NCBI GenBank assembly: GCA_963716175.1 | Contig: OY970296.1 | Span: 1,728,001-1,792,000, forward strand | Reading direction: 5' to 3' | DNA from: an uncultured Armatimonadetes bacterium | GTDB taxonomy: Bacteria; Armatimonadota; Hebobacteria; Hebobacterales; Hebobacteraceae | Length of the DNA: 64,000 nt | Part shown: piece after piece, positions 9,660 to 20,034 of the stretch | Layout: the number at the start of each line of letters is the position of its first letter | How positions within the stretch are numbered: position 1 is the first letter of the stretch | Position numbers and translations under genes: made by a program | The notes under the pieces: model-generated | Database searches by the model: none | What the model saw: the letters and a program-made list of their open reading frames with translations, nothing else | Told to the model about the DNA's origin: nothing

Positions 9660-9831
9660 CTACACCGTCCTCCTCGGCGAGAGTCGAACAGCCGCCAATC
9701 GCCTTGCTCCTATCGATCCGGTCCAGGTCCTATGCTATGACATTCCACCTGGACTCGTTTTCGGGGGCAAGGTCAAGGGGAGCGGCCTGGGTTGCTGTCG
9801 AATCTGAGACTGCTGCGCCGAGGAGGTAAGC

Positions 9832-11109
9832 ATGGCTGAGAAACTGGCATTGGCCGGCGGCTCTCCGGTCATCCCTGCGGGGACCATGAAGCCGTGGCCG
9901 CCCATTGACGACACGGACCGGAAGATGGTGATGGATTCGCTCGAGGGCGGGAAGCACACCTTCGGGCCGAACTGCGCGGCTTTCCAGGAGGAGTTCGCCG
10001 CCTGGAACGGCAGCCGCTACGCGATCATGACGAACTCGGGCACGGCCGCGCTCCATATGGGCCTGGTGGCGTGCGAGTGCGGCTGCGGGGACGAGGTGAT
10101 CGTCCCGGCCTACTCCTGGTCGTCCTCGGCGACGTGTGTGATGCAGCACAACGCGATCCCTGTGTTCGTGGACATTGACTTCGACACGATGAACATGGAC
10201 ACGGCTCGGATCGAAGCCGCCATCACCCCGAGGACGAAGGCGATCATCGTCGTCCATCTGCATGGGCTGCCGGTAGACATGGGGGCGGTGCTGGCCATCG
10301 CCGACAAGCACGGGCTGCGTGTGATCGAGGATGCCTGTCAGGCACATGGGGCGGAGTACAGAGGAAGGAAGGTCGGGACGATCGGGCACTGCGCGGCCTT
10401 TAGCTTCAACCAGAATAAGTGCCTCGTCTCCGGCGAGGGCGGCATGTTCGTCACCGATGACCAGGACATGCACAAACGGGCGCAGGCCCTCTGGTCGTTT
10501 GGGGAGGAGGTGGCCCCCACGCAGCGACGCGACTATCACGTCTACGCAATGGGCTGGATGTACCGCAACGACGACCTGGCGGCCGCTTTCGGCCGAGCCC
10601 AGCTCAAGAGGCTCGACCACTACCTCGCGGTGCAGAAGGAGAACGCGGGCGCCCTCACCCGCGAGCTGGAGGGGACGCCCCACGTCATGCTGCCGACCGA
10701 GCCGGCGGGCTGTGAGCACAACTGGTACAACTACACCATTCGCTTCGACATGGATGCCCTCGGCCACTCACAGGACGCCGCAGGCTTTCGGCACAAGATC
10801 GTGCGCGCCCTGAACGCGGAAGGCCTCGAAACCGGCGTCTGGCAGTCGTTCATCTTGCCGGCGATGACGGTCTTCCAGAACCAGGACGGCTACGGCCACG
10901 GCTGCCCCTGGACCTGCCCGCACTCCCAGCCGGTGGACTACTCGCCCGAGCGCTTCCCGATGGCGACGAAGCACTGCGATACCCACACGGGCATGACCAC
11001 GCCGCTGCGCGCTCCCAACGGCCCCGGGATGGCGAAGCTCGCCGCGCAGGCCATCCGCAAGGTGCTGGCGAACGCGGATCAACTCGAAGAGTTGCCGGAC
11101 AAGGAGTGA
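9832..11109 (+). CDS. DegT/DnrJ/EryC1/StrS PLP-dependent aminotransferase
   Basis: NSGTAALH, GDEVIVP, IEDACQAHG, FSFNQNKCLVSGEGG; GGAGG RBS. Confidence 0.93.
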   Translation: MAEKLALAGGSPVIPAGTMKPWPPIDDTDRKMVMDSLEGGKHTFGPNCAAFQEEFAAWNGSRYAIMTNSGTAALHMGLVACECGCGDEVIVPAYSWSSSATCVMQHNAIPVFVDIDFDTMNMDTARIEAAITPRTKAIIVVHLHGLPVDMGAVLAIADKHGLRVIEDACQAHGAEYRGRKVGTIGHCAAFSFNQNKCLVSGEGGMFVTDDQDMHKRAQALWSFGEEVAPTQRRDYHVYAMGWMYRNDDLAAAFGRAQLKRLDHYLAVQKENAGALTRELEGTPHVMLPTEPAGCEHNWYNYTIRFDMDALGHSQDAAGFRHKIVRALNAEGLETGVWQSFILPAMTVFQNQDGYGHGCPWTCPHSQPVDYSPERFPMATKHCDTHTGMTTPLRAPNGPGMAKLAAQAIRKVLANADQLEELPDKE

Positions 11110-11113
11110 AGGC

Positions 11114-12388
11114 ATGCCGCTGAGAGCCGGTTTCGCCGAGATAGATATCACTCCCCCGGTGGGGACACACAAGATCGGGTGGATCAGGGACATCGTCATC
11201 GAGAGCATCGCCGATCCGTTGTCCGCTCGCATCGCGGTCATCGAAACAGCCAGTCAGAAGGCTGGCTTCGTGCAGTTGGACACGCTCTGCATCCGCTGGA
11301 CCCAGACCAACGACGTCCGGCGCCGCATCGAGGCCAGGTATGGCTTTCCGGGCAGCAGCGTGATGGTGGCGGCCACGCACAGCCACGCGGGGCCGGCGGT
11401 GGCGCACTGCGGCGACGTGCGCCGCGATGACGCCTACCTCGAGACGATGGTCGGCAAGGTCGTGGACTGCTTCGGCCGGGCGCTCGAGAGCATGCAGGAG
11501 GCGGAGATCGGGTTCAACAGCGTGCCCGAATGGAACATCTCGCACAACCGCCGTGTGGTCATGCGCGATGGCACCGCCAATACGCATGGGGCCTTTCGCT
11601 ACCCCGAGGCCCTCTATGTGGAGGGGCCCATAGACCCCGAGGTCGCCGTGGTGGCCGCCCGCGCGGCGGGAAGCGATCAACTGCTGGGCGCGATCGTGAA
11701 CTTCGCCTGCCATCCCACTGACCACGGCGGTGACACCGTCGCCTCCGGCGGATTCCCGGCCGCGCTCGGCCGCGAGATGAAGTCCCGCGGCTGCCCGGTC
11801 ACTCTCTTTCTCAACGGCGCCTGCGGCAACATCTCCTCCGGCAACCCGTACCGTGGCATCGAGCTGTCGCTGGAGCAAAGGGGCCGCGCCCTTGCGGATG
11901 ATACGTCTAAAGCGCTGGATGCGATTCGGTTCAGAAGCGAACTCGCGCTGGGCACCAGGGGCCGAACCATTCAGCTGCCGTACCGCGAAGTCACTCCTGA
12001 GCAGATCGCAGGAACCGTGCGGGGGGCGCAGCGGTTCGTGGACCCCGCCGCCTATGACCGCGGCATGCCGGCGTTGCTCCACCGCATCGAGGAGCGGAAG
12101 ACCCAGCCGGCCGAGGTGCAGGTCCTGTCGCTGGGCGATTGGGCCTTCGCTGCCGTGCCAGCCGAGTACTTCGTCCAGCTTGGCCTGCGGATCAAGGAGG
12201 GCGCGCATCCGCGCCACGCGCTCGTGGTGAGCTGCGCCAACGGGATGGTAGGCTACGTGCCGCACCAGGAAGCGTTCCTGCGCGGAGGCTACGAGACGAC
12301 CTTCACTGCGGGCGCCGCGCTCGCGCCGGAGGCCGGTGATATGCTCGCGGACGCGGCCCTTGCACTCATTGCGAGTTCTGCTTGCTGA
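11114..12388 (+). CDS. Neutral/alkaline ceramidase-like hydrolase
   Basis: AGFAEIDITP, DPL.AR, ATHSHAGP, NFACHP, NGACGN, GYVP. Confidence 0.75.
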   Translation: MPLRAGFAEIDITPPVGTHKIGWIRDIVIESIADPLSARIAVIETASQKAGFVQLDTLCIRWTQTNDVRRRIEARYGFPGSSVMVAATHSHAGPAVAHCGDVRRDDAYLETMVGKVVDCFGRALESMQEAEIGFNSVPEWNISHNRRVVMRDGTANTHGAFRYPEALYVEGPIDPEVAVVAARAAGSDQLLGAIVNFACHPTDHGGDTVASGGFPAALGREMKSRGCPVTLFLNGACGNISSGNPYRGIELSLEQRGRALADDTSKALDAIRFRSELALGTRGRTIQLPYREVTPEQIAGTVRGAQRFVDPAAYDRGMPALLHRIEERKTQPAEVQVLSLGDWAFAAVPAEYFVQLGLRIKEGAHPRHALVVSCANGMVGYVPHQEAFLRGGYETTFTAGAALAPEAGDMLADAALALIASSAC

Positions 12389-12550
12389 GAGGTCTGCCCG
12401 CCATCCTCTCTGCAGATGACTGACGGCGAAAGGTGGGATCCTGAAGCGCGCCCGCCGCCGGTTGACCGGGCAGCCGGAGCGTTGCTACAATTCCCACGGG
12501 CGCCTGGCGGCGCCTGCCGAATTCCTGGGGGGGAGCGAGAGGACGAGCCA

Positions 12551-13501
12551 GTGAGAGCACTGATCACCGGGATCACGGGATTCGTGGGGAGCCATCTCAC
12601 GGAACTGCTGCTCGAGCGCGGGTATGAGGTGTATGGGACCCTGCGCTGGCGCAGCCCGCTGGATAACATCAAGCACTTGCTGGATCGCATCGAGCTGGTG
12701 GAATGCGACCTGCGGGATGCCAGCAGTGTGACAGAGGCCCTGGAGCGGGCGCGGCCCGAGTACATCTTCCACCTCGCGGCGCAGAGCTTCGTCCCCACCT
12801 CCTGGCGCGCGCCAGCGGAGACCTTGAGCACCAATGTGATCGGCCAGGTTCACCTGTTCGAGGCGGTGAGATCCCTGGGCCTGGAGCCGCGGATTCAGAT
12901 CGCCGGGTCATCGGAGGAATACGGGCTGGTGCGGGAAGACGAGGTGCCGATCAAGGAGTCGAATCCGCTGCGGCCGCTCAGCCCTTACGGGGTGAGCAAG
13001 GTGACGCAGGACCTGCTGGGCTATCAGTATTTCCGCAGCTACCGGATGTCCATCGTGCGCACCAGGGCGTTCAACCACACCGGGCCGCGGCGGGGCGAGG
13101 TGTTCGCGGAATCCAGCTTCGCCCACCAGATCGCCGACATCGAGGCGGGTAAGCGAGAGCCGGTGCTGCGGGTGGGGAACCTGGAGGCGAAGCGCGATTA
13201 TACGGATGTGCGGGATGTGGTGAAGGCCTATCTCCTGGCATTGGAGAAGGGCGAGCCCGGCGAGGTCTACAACATCTGCTCCGGGGTCTCCCATCCGGTG
13301 CAGCACATCCTCGACTTGCTGCTCTCCTTCAGCAAGGCTGAGATCAAGGTAGTCCGCGACCCGGCGCGGCTCCGCCCCTCGGATGTCACGGTGCTGTGGG
13401 GCGATTCCTCGAAGTTCCGCCAGCAGACCGGGTGGGCGCCAGAGATCCCGTTGGAGCAGACGATGCGGGATCTGCTGGACTACTGGCGGGGGCGAGTGTG
13501 A
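12551..13501 (+). CDS. GDP-mannose 4,6-dehydratase / GDP-4-keto-6-deoxymannose reductase (Rmd-like) SDR
   Basis: LITGITGFVG, HLAAQSFV, GSSEEYG, PYGVSK, RAFNHTGP, GNLEAKRDYTDVRD. Confidence 0.88.
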   Translation: MRALITGITGFVGSHLTELLLERGYEVYGTLRWRSPLDNIKHLLDRIELVECDLRDASSVTEALERARPEYIFHLAAQSFVPTSWRAPAETLSTNVIGQVHLFEAVRSLGLEPRIQIAGSSEEYGLVREDEVPIKESNPLRPLSPYGVSKVTQDLLGYQYFRSYRMSIVRTRAFNHTGPRRGEVFAESSFAHQIADIEAGKREPVLRVGNLEAKRDYTDVRDVVKAYLLALEKGEPGEVYNICSGVSHPVQHILDLLLSFSKAEIKVVRDPARLRPSDVTVLWGDSSKFRQQTGWAPEIPLEQTMRDLLDYWRGRV

Positions 13502-13521
13502 GCAACAGGCAGGCGAACGGC

Positions 13522-13547
13522 GGGGCAGGAGCAAGCTCCTGCCGAAC
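13522..13547. repeat. REP-like palindrome GGGGCAGGAGCAAGCTCCTGCCGAAC
   Basis: Same hairpin family at 22396-22422, at 56453-56467 (half), and split copies at 34986/35257 and 37845/38112. Confidence 0.65.
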
Positions 13548-13563
13548 GGTCTTGCGGTAGACT

Positions 13564-14712
13564 CTATAGCACCGCCGCGCGATAGGTGGCCAGCGTCCCC
13601 TGGGCGCACCCGTCCCAGGAGAACTGGCGGGCCCTCACCAGCGCTTGCGCGGAGAGATCGCTCCTCAACTCCTGTGAGCTGATCACCCGCTCCATAGCAG
13701 CGGCGAAGCCCTGCACATCGGTGGGCTCGACCAGCAAGCCCGCCTCCCCCACCACCTCCGGCAGTGAGGCCGCGTTGCTGCAGACCACCGGCGTGCCACA
13801 GGCCATCGCCTCCAGAGGAGGTAGGCCGAAGCCTTCGTACAGCGACGGGAAGACGAAGGCGGTGGCGCCGCGGTAGATGGCGGGCAGGTCTTCATCTGGC
13901 ACGTAGCCCGCGAAGACGACTCTGTCCGTCAGGCGAAGCTGCTGGGCGAGGGAGGCGATGTCGCGGTAGTGGGTGCTGTCCCCGACCCACCCCTGCATGC
14001 CGACGATCACCAGCGGATGTTCCTCTTGCAGGGACGCCGGCAGGCGGGCGTAGGCGCGGAGCAGAGTGGGAAGGTTCTTTCTCGGCTCCACCGTGCCTAC
14101 GGTCAAGAGATAGCGGCGCGGTAGGCCGCGGGCGGAGAGCACTCGCTCTATGGTCTCCGGCGGGACCGGGAGGAAGCGTTCGTCGGCGGCCAGGTGGGTG
14201 ACATCAATGCGGGCGGGATCAACCTGCAGGCGATCCACGATCTCCTGCTTGACGTAATGGGAAATGGTGAGGAGGCGGCGGGCGCGTTTCACCGCGGGGA
14301 GGAATCCCCGCGCGAACCAGGCTACACGCTGGGGGGGATGGGATTCGGGGTAGGTCAGCACCGAGAGATCGCACACGGTGATCACCAATGGCCCCGGGAA
14401 AGGGAGGGGAACGTAATTGGGCTCGTGGTAGAGGTCGAAGCCGCGCCTGAGCCGGCCCATCAGGAAGGCGACGCGGTGGATGGCCTCTCGCAGGCGCCAG
14501 GGGTCCTTCATCACCCGGGTGGCGACCGCCTTGGCGGCCATCACCGCGGGGTCGGGCTGGCTGCGCAGCTCGCGTCCGAAGGAATAGCCGTAGAAGAAGG
14601 TGTACTCGTTCCCGGGGTCTAGCCGCAGCAGGCTGCTGGCCAGGTGGTAGATGTAGCGGCCGATGCCAGAGCGGCGGGCCAGCAGGGGGGTGGCGTTGAT
14701 CACGATCCTCAC
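13564..14712 (-). CDS. Glycosyltransferase family 4
   Basis: [35 protein letters not shown]. Confidence 0.92.
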   Translation of the reverse strand: MRIVINATPLLARRSGIGRYIYHLASSLLRLDPGNEYTFFYGYSFGRELRSQPDPAVMAAKAVATRVMKDPWRLREAIHRVAFLMGRLRRGFDLYHEPNYVPLPFPGPLVITVCDLSVLTYPESHPPQRVAWFARGFLPAVKRARRLLTISHYVKQEIVDRLQVDPARIDVTHLAADERFLPVPPETIERVLSARGLPRRYLLTVGTVEPRKNLPTLLRAYARLPASLQEEHPLVIVGMQGWVGDSTHYRDIASLAQQLRLTDRVVFAGYVPDEDLPAIYRGATAFVFPSLYEGFGLPPLEAMACGTPVVCSNAASLPEVVGEAGLLVEPTDVQGFAAAMERVISSQELRSDLSAQALVRARQFSWDGCAQGTLATYRAAVL

Positions 14713-14725
14713 GCCTGGCTGCTCC

Positions 14726-15853
14726 TCATTCCGCAAACATTTCCTGGTAGACCGCGTCCACCCGGGCGGCATAGGCCTCGCGCGTGAACTCGCGGAGCAC
14801 ACGGGCGCGCCCGGCCTCTCCCAGCCGGCGGCACAGCTCCAGGTCTCCCAGCAGCTCAGTCATCGCGGCCGCCAACGCCTCGGAATCGCGGGGGGGCACG
14901 ATCAGGCCGGTTTCGCGGTGGCGGTTGATGTAGACCACGCCGGTCGGCAGGTCAGTGGCAATGACGGGCTTGCCGCAGGCCATGGCCTCGAGCTGCACCA
15001 GCCCGAAGGCCTCCGTGATCTCCACCGACGGGAGCACGAAAACGTTGCAGGCGTGGTAGTGCGCGGCCAGCTCCTCGGTGCTCAGGTGCTGCTCGAAATG
15101 CACGCGCTCCCCCAGGCCGAGGCGATCGGCCTGGGCGCGCAGGCCGGGCAGGAGGGGCCCATCGCCGACGATGATCAGATCGGCATCCACCTTGGCCATG
15201 GCCGCGATCAGGTACTCGAACCCTTTGTAGTAGACGCAGCGCCCCACGCCCAGCACCAGGGGCCTGCCGGAGGAGGGCCGGGCGGCCGCGATCCGGTCCG
15301 GGTCGGGGTGGAGCAGAGGCGCGAGGTCAATGCCAAAGGGTACGACCCGGCACTTGGCACGCACCGGGCCCAGAAAGCGCGAGGTCTCGAGATACTGGGG
15401 GGAAGAGACCAGCACGCGGTCCGCCCGGGCGAGCAGGCGGCGAAGGATGGGGCCGTAGATGCGGATGGCAGCGGCCGGGCGGACGACATCGCTGTGCCAG
15501 GTGATGCAGAGCTTGCACCTGGGGCGGGCGAGATAGGCGGCGAACTCGCCTGGGGGATAGGGGTGATGAAGATGCAGCACATCGGGGCGGAGAGCGCGCA
15601 GGAGCATGGGCATGGTGTGGCAGACTGGCAGCTTGATGGCGCTGAATAGGCGAGCGCTTCTCACCACTGCCAGATGGGGGTTGATCTGCTGCTTCTGGGT
15701 GGTGCGGCCGGCATTGGCGCAGAGGATGGTGACGTCCATGGTGCGAGACTGGTCTTCGGCCAGGAGCATGAGTGCTCGCTCGATGCCGCCCCACTGGGTA
15801 ACAGGCGGAACGGGAAGGTCGTAGGCCTTGTTGATGTGCACTACCCGCAGCAC
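14726..15853 (-). CDS. Glycosyltransferase family 4
   Basis: GGIER, HHPYP, WHSDVV, GRCVYYKG, EAFGLVQLEAMACG. Confidence 0.92.
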   Translation of the reverse strand: MLRVVHINKAYDLPVPPVTQWGGIERALMLLAEDQSRTMDVTILCANAGRTTQKQQINPHLAVVRSARLFSAIKLPVCHTMPMLLRALRPDVLHLHHPYPPGEFAAYLARPRCKLCITWHSDVVRPAAAIRIYGPILRRLLARADRVLVSSPQYLETSRFLGPVRAKCRVVPFGIDLAPLLHPDPDRIAAARPSSGRPLVLGVGRCVYYKGFEYLIAAMAKVDADLIIVGDGPLLPGLRAQADRLGLGERVHFEQHLSTEELAAHYHACNVFVLPSVEITEAFGLVQLEAMACGKPVIATDLPTGVVYINRHRETGLIVPPRDSEALAAAMTELLGDLELCRRLGEAGRARVLREFTREAYAARVDAVYQEMFAE

Positions 15854-15911
15854 TGGACCGTCAGCTCTCGGGCCGGCGCCTGGACCCGCGGCGAGACCAG
15901 GGCGAGCCAGC

Positions 15912-16913
15912 CTACGGCTGCGAGACCCACACTCTCAATCCCTGGAAATCGAGGTGGCAGTTGAGCGCCTGGTAGCCAGCTTCCTTAACCGCGGTCTCGA
16001 CGTCCCGGCGCGCGCCCGCCTTGCACAGCAAGGTAGCGCTGCCGCCGCCGCCAGCTCCGTTGATCTTGAAGCCGATGGCGCCGGCGGCGCGGGCCACCTC
16101 CTCGATCCGGGCCAGATCGGCGGAGACGATGTCCGCATGCAGCCCGGCCTGCGCTGCGTTATTCTCATTCATCACTTCGGCGAAAGTGTCGAAATCGCCG
16201 CGCCAGAGCGCATCGGCGGCTTTCTGGGGAGTCTGCCGCAGTGTCTCCATGGCGGTCAGGGCCTCCGGCCGGCCGGCCTCCAGGTCTCCGACCACCTTGC
16301 GATGGACATCGCTGGACAGGTGTCGGGCGCCGCTGTACACCACCAGCAGCCGGCTCTCCAGCTCCCAGATGATGGTGGGCGCCAGCCGAACCGGAGTGCT
16401 GCTGACGAAAGGGTAATCGTAGATGTCGTGGTAGCCGATTCCGCCCACCGCGGCCGCGATCTGATCCTGCACGCCGCTCTCGATCTTCAGCTCCTTGGTC
16501 TCCAGCTCATGGGCCAGGCGAGCCACCTCGTGCGGCCGCTGGTAGCGGCCGGCGAGCAGACCCAAGGCCCCCAGCATGGCCACCGATACCGCGGCCGAAG
16601 ATCCGGTGCCGCAGCCAGGCGGAACATCGCTGTGCACCTGCATCTCGATCTGGTCCAGGCCCATCACCTTCACCGCCGCTTTCAGCAGATCGTGCTCGCC
16701 GTCATAGATGATGCTGTCGAGGTCGGTCATCTCGATCACTTCGCCGTAATCGCTAGCGGTGATGCTCACCCCCGGCCGCCCGCGAGTGCGAACCACGACG
16801 CGGGCATAGAGATCCACCGCGAAGTTCATCACTGCGCCATGCTTGGCAAACCAGGTATCAGTCCAACCGCCGAAATCCAGGATTCGGTTAGGCGCCCAGG
16901 CTTTCACGATCAT
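15912..16913 (-). CDS. GHMP sugar kinase (heptose-7-phosphate kinase HddA-like)
   Basis: APNRILDFGGWTD, PPGCGTGSSAA, SGVQDQ, GFKINGAGGGG. Confidence 0.85.
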   Translation of the reverse strand: MIVKAWAPNRILDFGGWTDTWFAKHGAVMNFAVDLYARVVVRTRGRPGVSITASDYGEVIEMTDLDSIIYDGEHDLLKAAVKVMGLDQIEMQVHSDVPPGCGTGSSAAVSVAMLGALGLLAGRYQRPHEVARLAHELETKELKIESGVQDQIAAAVGGIGYHDIYDYPFVSSTPVRLAPTIIWELESRLLVVYSGARHLSSDVHRKVVGDLEAGRPEALTAMETLRQTPQKAADALWRGDFDTFAEVMNENNAAQAGLHADIVSADLARIEEVARAAGAIGFKINGAGGGGSATLLCKAGARRDVETAVKEAGYQALNCHLDFQGLRVWVSQP

Positions 16914-17147
16914 GAGTTCACCCTCGGCTCTGTGGTAAGGGCAGGCCGGCCCACCGCCGCGCGCAGGCCGACCACCGTTCGCACGCCAGTAAGTGGTTCT
17001 GTGGACCGGGCGACGATACCTGCACCTGGGGCCGAGGCGCGGCAACGGGCAGGAGGGGATGAGATGAGGCTGGAATAGACTCAGAGTGTCCAGCAAGACC
17101 GTCTGGGGCGCGGTGATGATGGAGAGCACTCAGGATGGGCGGAGGGG

Positions 17148-17855
17148 ATGGCCATGAGGGTGCTAGCGTTCGGGGCCCATCCCGATGATAGCGTGCTGCT
17201 GTGCGGGGGAACCCTGGCCAAGTATGCGCGGGCGGGTGATCAGGTATTCATGGCGGTGCTGTGCAATGGCGACTGCCTGCGTGGGGAGCTGCCGGGCGAG
17301 GAAGCCTCCCGCGTGCTGCGCCAGGAGCTGGACGAATCCGCGCGCGTGATCGGGGCTACCACCTACCTGATGGGCAGTCCCGACCTGGAGCTGGAAGACA
17401 ACCCGGCGACCCGCTCTTGGGTGATCCAACTCCTCCGCGAGGTGGATCCCTCCGTGGTTCTCACGCACGATCCGGGCGACTACACGGCTGACCATCGCGT
17501 CACCACCGCGGTGGTAGATAGGTGCGTAATGGCTGCGGGCGAACCCAAGATCAAGACTGGCGCGCCGCCGCGCACCACCCCGGTGCTGGTTCTCTACATG
17601 GAGACGATGAGCGGACTCGGGTTCGCGCCGGAGGAGTTCGTTGACATCACCGAGGTCTTCTCCACCAAGCGCGAGATGATGCAATGCCACAAGAGCTTCG
17701 TACTCCCCTTTCAGGGACACCCGGTGCTGGATATCATGGAGTGGATAGAAACGAGCGCTCGCTTTCGGGGGATCCAGGCCGGCGTAAGATATGCGGAGGC
17801 GTTCCGCCGGGCGCCGCAGTGGGCGCGCATGGAGACGCAGCGCTGGCTGCCATAG
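17148..17855 (+). CDS. PIG-L/LmbE family deacetylase
   Basis: AHPDD, THDPGDYTADH, YAEAF. Confidence 0.88.
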   Translation: MAMRVLAFGAHPDDSVLLCGGTLAKYARAGDQVFMAVLCNGDCLRGELPGEEASRVLRQELDESARVIGATTYLMGSPDLELEDNPATRSWVIQLLREVDPSVVLTHDPGDYTADHRVTTAVVDRCVMAAGEPKIKTGAPPRTTPVLVLYMETMSGLGFAPEEFVDITEVFSTKREMMQCHKSFVLPFQGHPVLDIMEWIETSARFRGIQAGVRYAEAFRRAPQWARMETQRWLP

Positions 17856-17887
17856 CATAGTGAGTTCCGACCGGTGAGGAGGAGAGT

Positions 17888-18139
17888 GTGTCCGAGCAGT
17901 TGAGCCAACCACAGGTCTGCGAGACCTGTGGCGCCACCACTACCGGGATGGGGCATCTGTGTCGTGCCTTCAGCCCGGTGAAGCCGTATGTTTGCGAGTA
18001 CTGCGGCGCGGAGACGGACGATCCGCGCCATATGTGCTATCCTCAGGTCGAGCATCTGAAGTATCAGTGCGTGCACTGCGGCCGCCTGGCGGCCAGGAGC
18101 GGCGCGCTCTGTCATCCCAAGCGGATCAGCGGCACATGA
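17888..18139 (+). CDS. Small Cys/His-rich putative metal-binding protein (83 aa)
   Basis: Three CxxC...(H/A)xC units; GGAGGAG RBS; ATGA overlap with the next gene. Confidence 0.7.
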   Translation: MSEQLSQPQVCETCGATTTGMGHLCRAFSPVKPYVCEYCGAETDDPRHMCYPQVEHLKYQCVHCGRLAARSGALCHPKRISGT

Positions 18140-19182
18140 GCAAACACAACCCGCTGCCGACCCGCCGGCTGGGCAAGACCAACCTGATGGTCACCGCGAT
18201 CGGCTTCGGTGGGATACCGATCCAGATTGTGAGTGAAGAGGTGGCGGTGGCCACCGTGCGCCGCGCCTATGACCTCGGGGTCAACTTCTTCGACACCGCC
18301 CGCGGCTACAGCAACTCCGAGGAACGGATCGGGAAGGCGCTGGCGGGCCGCCAGTACCTGGTGGCCTCCAAGTCCAGCGCCGGCGATGCCGACACCGCCT
18401 ACCAGCATATCTGCACCTCGTTGGCCAATCTTCAGCGGGACCGGATAGAACTCTACCAGCTGCATGGCGTCAACGATGATCACGAGCTGTCCAAGCGGGC
18501 CGCGCCCGGGGGCGCGCTGGAGGGCCTGCGCAAGGCCAAGGCGGAGGGCAAGATCGCTCATATCGGAATCACCGGGCACCGCCCGGAGACTCTGATGAAG
18601 GCGGTGGATAGCTACCAGGATTTCGCCACGGTGCAAGTGCCGTTCAACCTGGTGGAGAGCGAGATCCTGGATACGCTGATCCCGCTCTGCCAGGCGCGGG
18701 ACGTGGGCGTGATCGCGATGAAGCCGGTGGGCGGAGGCAACTTCAGCAAGGCGGCGCTGGCGGTCAAGTGGTGCGTGAACCAGCCCATCGCCGTGGCCAT
18801 CCCGGGGATGGCCACTCCGGCCGAGGCGGAGGAGGATGTTGGGGCGATCTCAGGTGGGCTGGAGCTGACGCCGGCCGAGCGGGCCGAGTGCGAGCAGATG
18901 AAGGCCGAGCTGGACCAGCGCACCTGTCGGCGCTGCCGCTACTGCGAGCCCTGCCCCAACCAGGTCGAGATCGGCATGCTGCTGCATGGCCGGAGCGTGG
19001 TGCGGCGCATGGGAGCGGCGCGGTATAAGGAATGGGGGGCGGCGAGGTTCATCGCCAGCGCGGCGCGGTGCGAGGAATGCGGGGTCTGCATCACCAAGTG
19101 CCCCTATCATCTGCCCGTCCCCGAGCTGATCCGGGAGGTCGTGGCCTACTACCGGACGATTCCGGAGCTGAGCGAGGAGTAA
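18136..19182 (+). CDS. Aldo/keto reductase with C-terminal 4Fe-4S dicluster
   Basis: RRLGKT, GFGGIP, DTARGY, AMKP; CRRCRYCEPCP and CEECGVCITKCP. Confidence 0.92.
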   Translation: MSKHNPLPTRRLGKTNLMVTAIGFGGIPIQIVSEEVAVATVRRAYDLGVNFFDTARGYSNSEERIGKALAGRQYLVASKSSAGDADTAYQHICTSLANLQRDRIELYQLHGVNDDHELSKRAAPGGALEGLRKAKAEGKIAHIGITGHRPETLMKAVDSYQDFATVQVPFNLVESEILDTLIPLCQARDVGVIAMKPVGGGNFSKAALAVKWCVNQPIAVAIPGMATPAEAEEDVGAISGGLELTPAERAECEQMKAELDQRTCRRCRYCEPCPNQVEIGMLLHGRSVVRRMGAARYKEWGAARFIASAARCEECGVCITKCPYHLPVPELIREVVAYYRTIPELSEE

Positions 19183-19337
19183 GACGCCGGCGCGGTTGCC
19201 TCGCTGTTCGCGGCTCCGCTTGAGGTGACGGTGACGTGAGTTCCCGGTTGCCGTCGCTCTCCGGGGCCCAGATCCTGGCAGCGTTGCGGAGAGCGGGATT
19301 CGCGGACGCGCCTCGTCGAGGAGAAGATGAGACGGAC

Positions 19338-19390
19338 GGCGGGCATGCCCTTCGGGTACGCTCAGGGTAAACTCCGACATGCCCGCCCTA
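19338..19390. repeat. GTAG-type REP hairpin with a CCCTTCGGGTACGCTCAGGGTAAAC unit in its loop
   Basis: GGCGGGCATG...CATGCCCGCC-CTAC arms around the inner unit. Confidence 0.5.
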
Positions 19391-19403
19391 CAGCTAGAGA
19401 CAA

Positions 19404-19883
19404 CTAGGGCGACAACCTCAGCACCAGCTCCGCCACTCGTCGGCCCAGCTTCTGGCATTCCTTGCGGGACCGCTCGTCGGGCGCGCCGACGGCGATGGGG
19501 CCGTAGTGATCTCCGCCGGAATCGCCCTGCACGATCATGCCGTGCACCAACTGGGCCTTGATGATGTCCAGCACCGTGGTCTCGTTGCCGCCCCCGGGCC
19601 CGCCGGAGGAGGCAAAGGCCCCGCCCACCTTGCCCACCAGCTTGCCGTGGTGCTTCACGCTCTGGTCAATGAGGCTCTTCAGCTCGGCCGCCATGGTGCC
19701 GTAGTACACCGGGGAGCCCATGATGATGGCATCCGGTTTCAGCAAGTCATCCGGGGACAGCTCCTCCACCGGCTTCACCTCCACCTCCGCCCCCTTGACC
19801 TGCTTGGCGCCAGCCGCCACCGCCTGCGCCATCTGCTCGGTGTTGCCGGAGCGGCTGTAGTAAGTGATCAGGACCTTTGGCAT
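19404..19883 (-). CDS. WrbA/flavodoxin-family NAD(P)H oxidoreductase
   Basis: YYSRSGNTEQMA, GSPVYYG, GGAFASSG..GGNETT. Confidence 0.88.
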   Translation of the reverse strand: MPKVLITYYSRSGNTEQMAQAVAAGAKQVKGAEVEVKPVEELSPDDLLKPDAIIMGSPVYYGTMAAELKSLIDQSVKHHGKLVGKVGGAFASSGGPGGGNETTVLDIIKAQLVHGMIVQGDSGGDHYGPIAVGAPDERSRKECQKLGRRVAELVLRLSP

Positions 19884-20034
19884 GTTGGGCCTCCTTCCCT
19901 GTCAATCTGCGCGCTGGCTTCAGTTAGGCGCGCGGCACGCAGGTCCTTTCGCTGCCAGGGCCCTGCGTGTGCGCACAGGGATTGCCGCTGTCCCCGCCGA
20001 ATCACGCGCGATCTCACGCGGAGGGATTTCAGCG

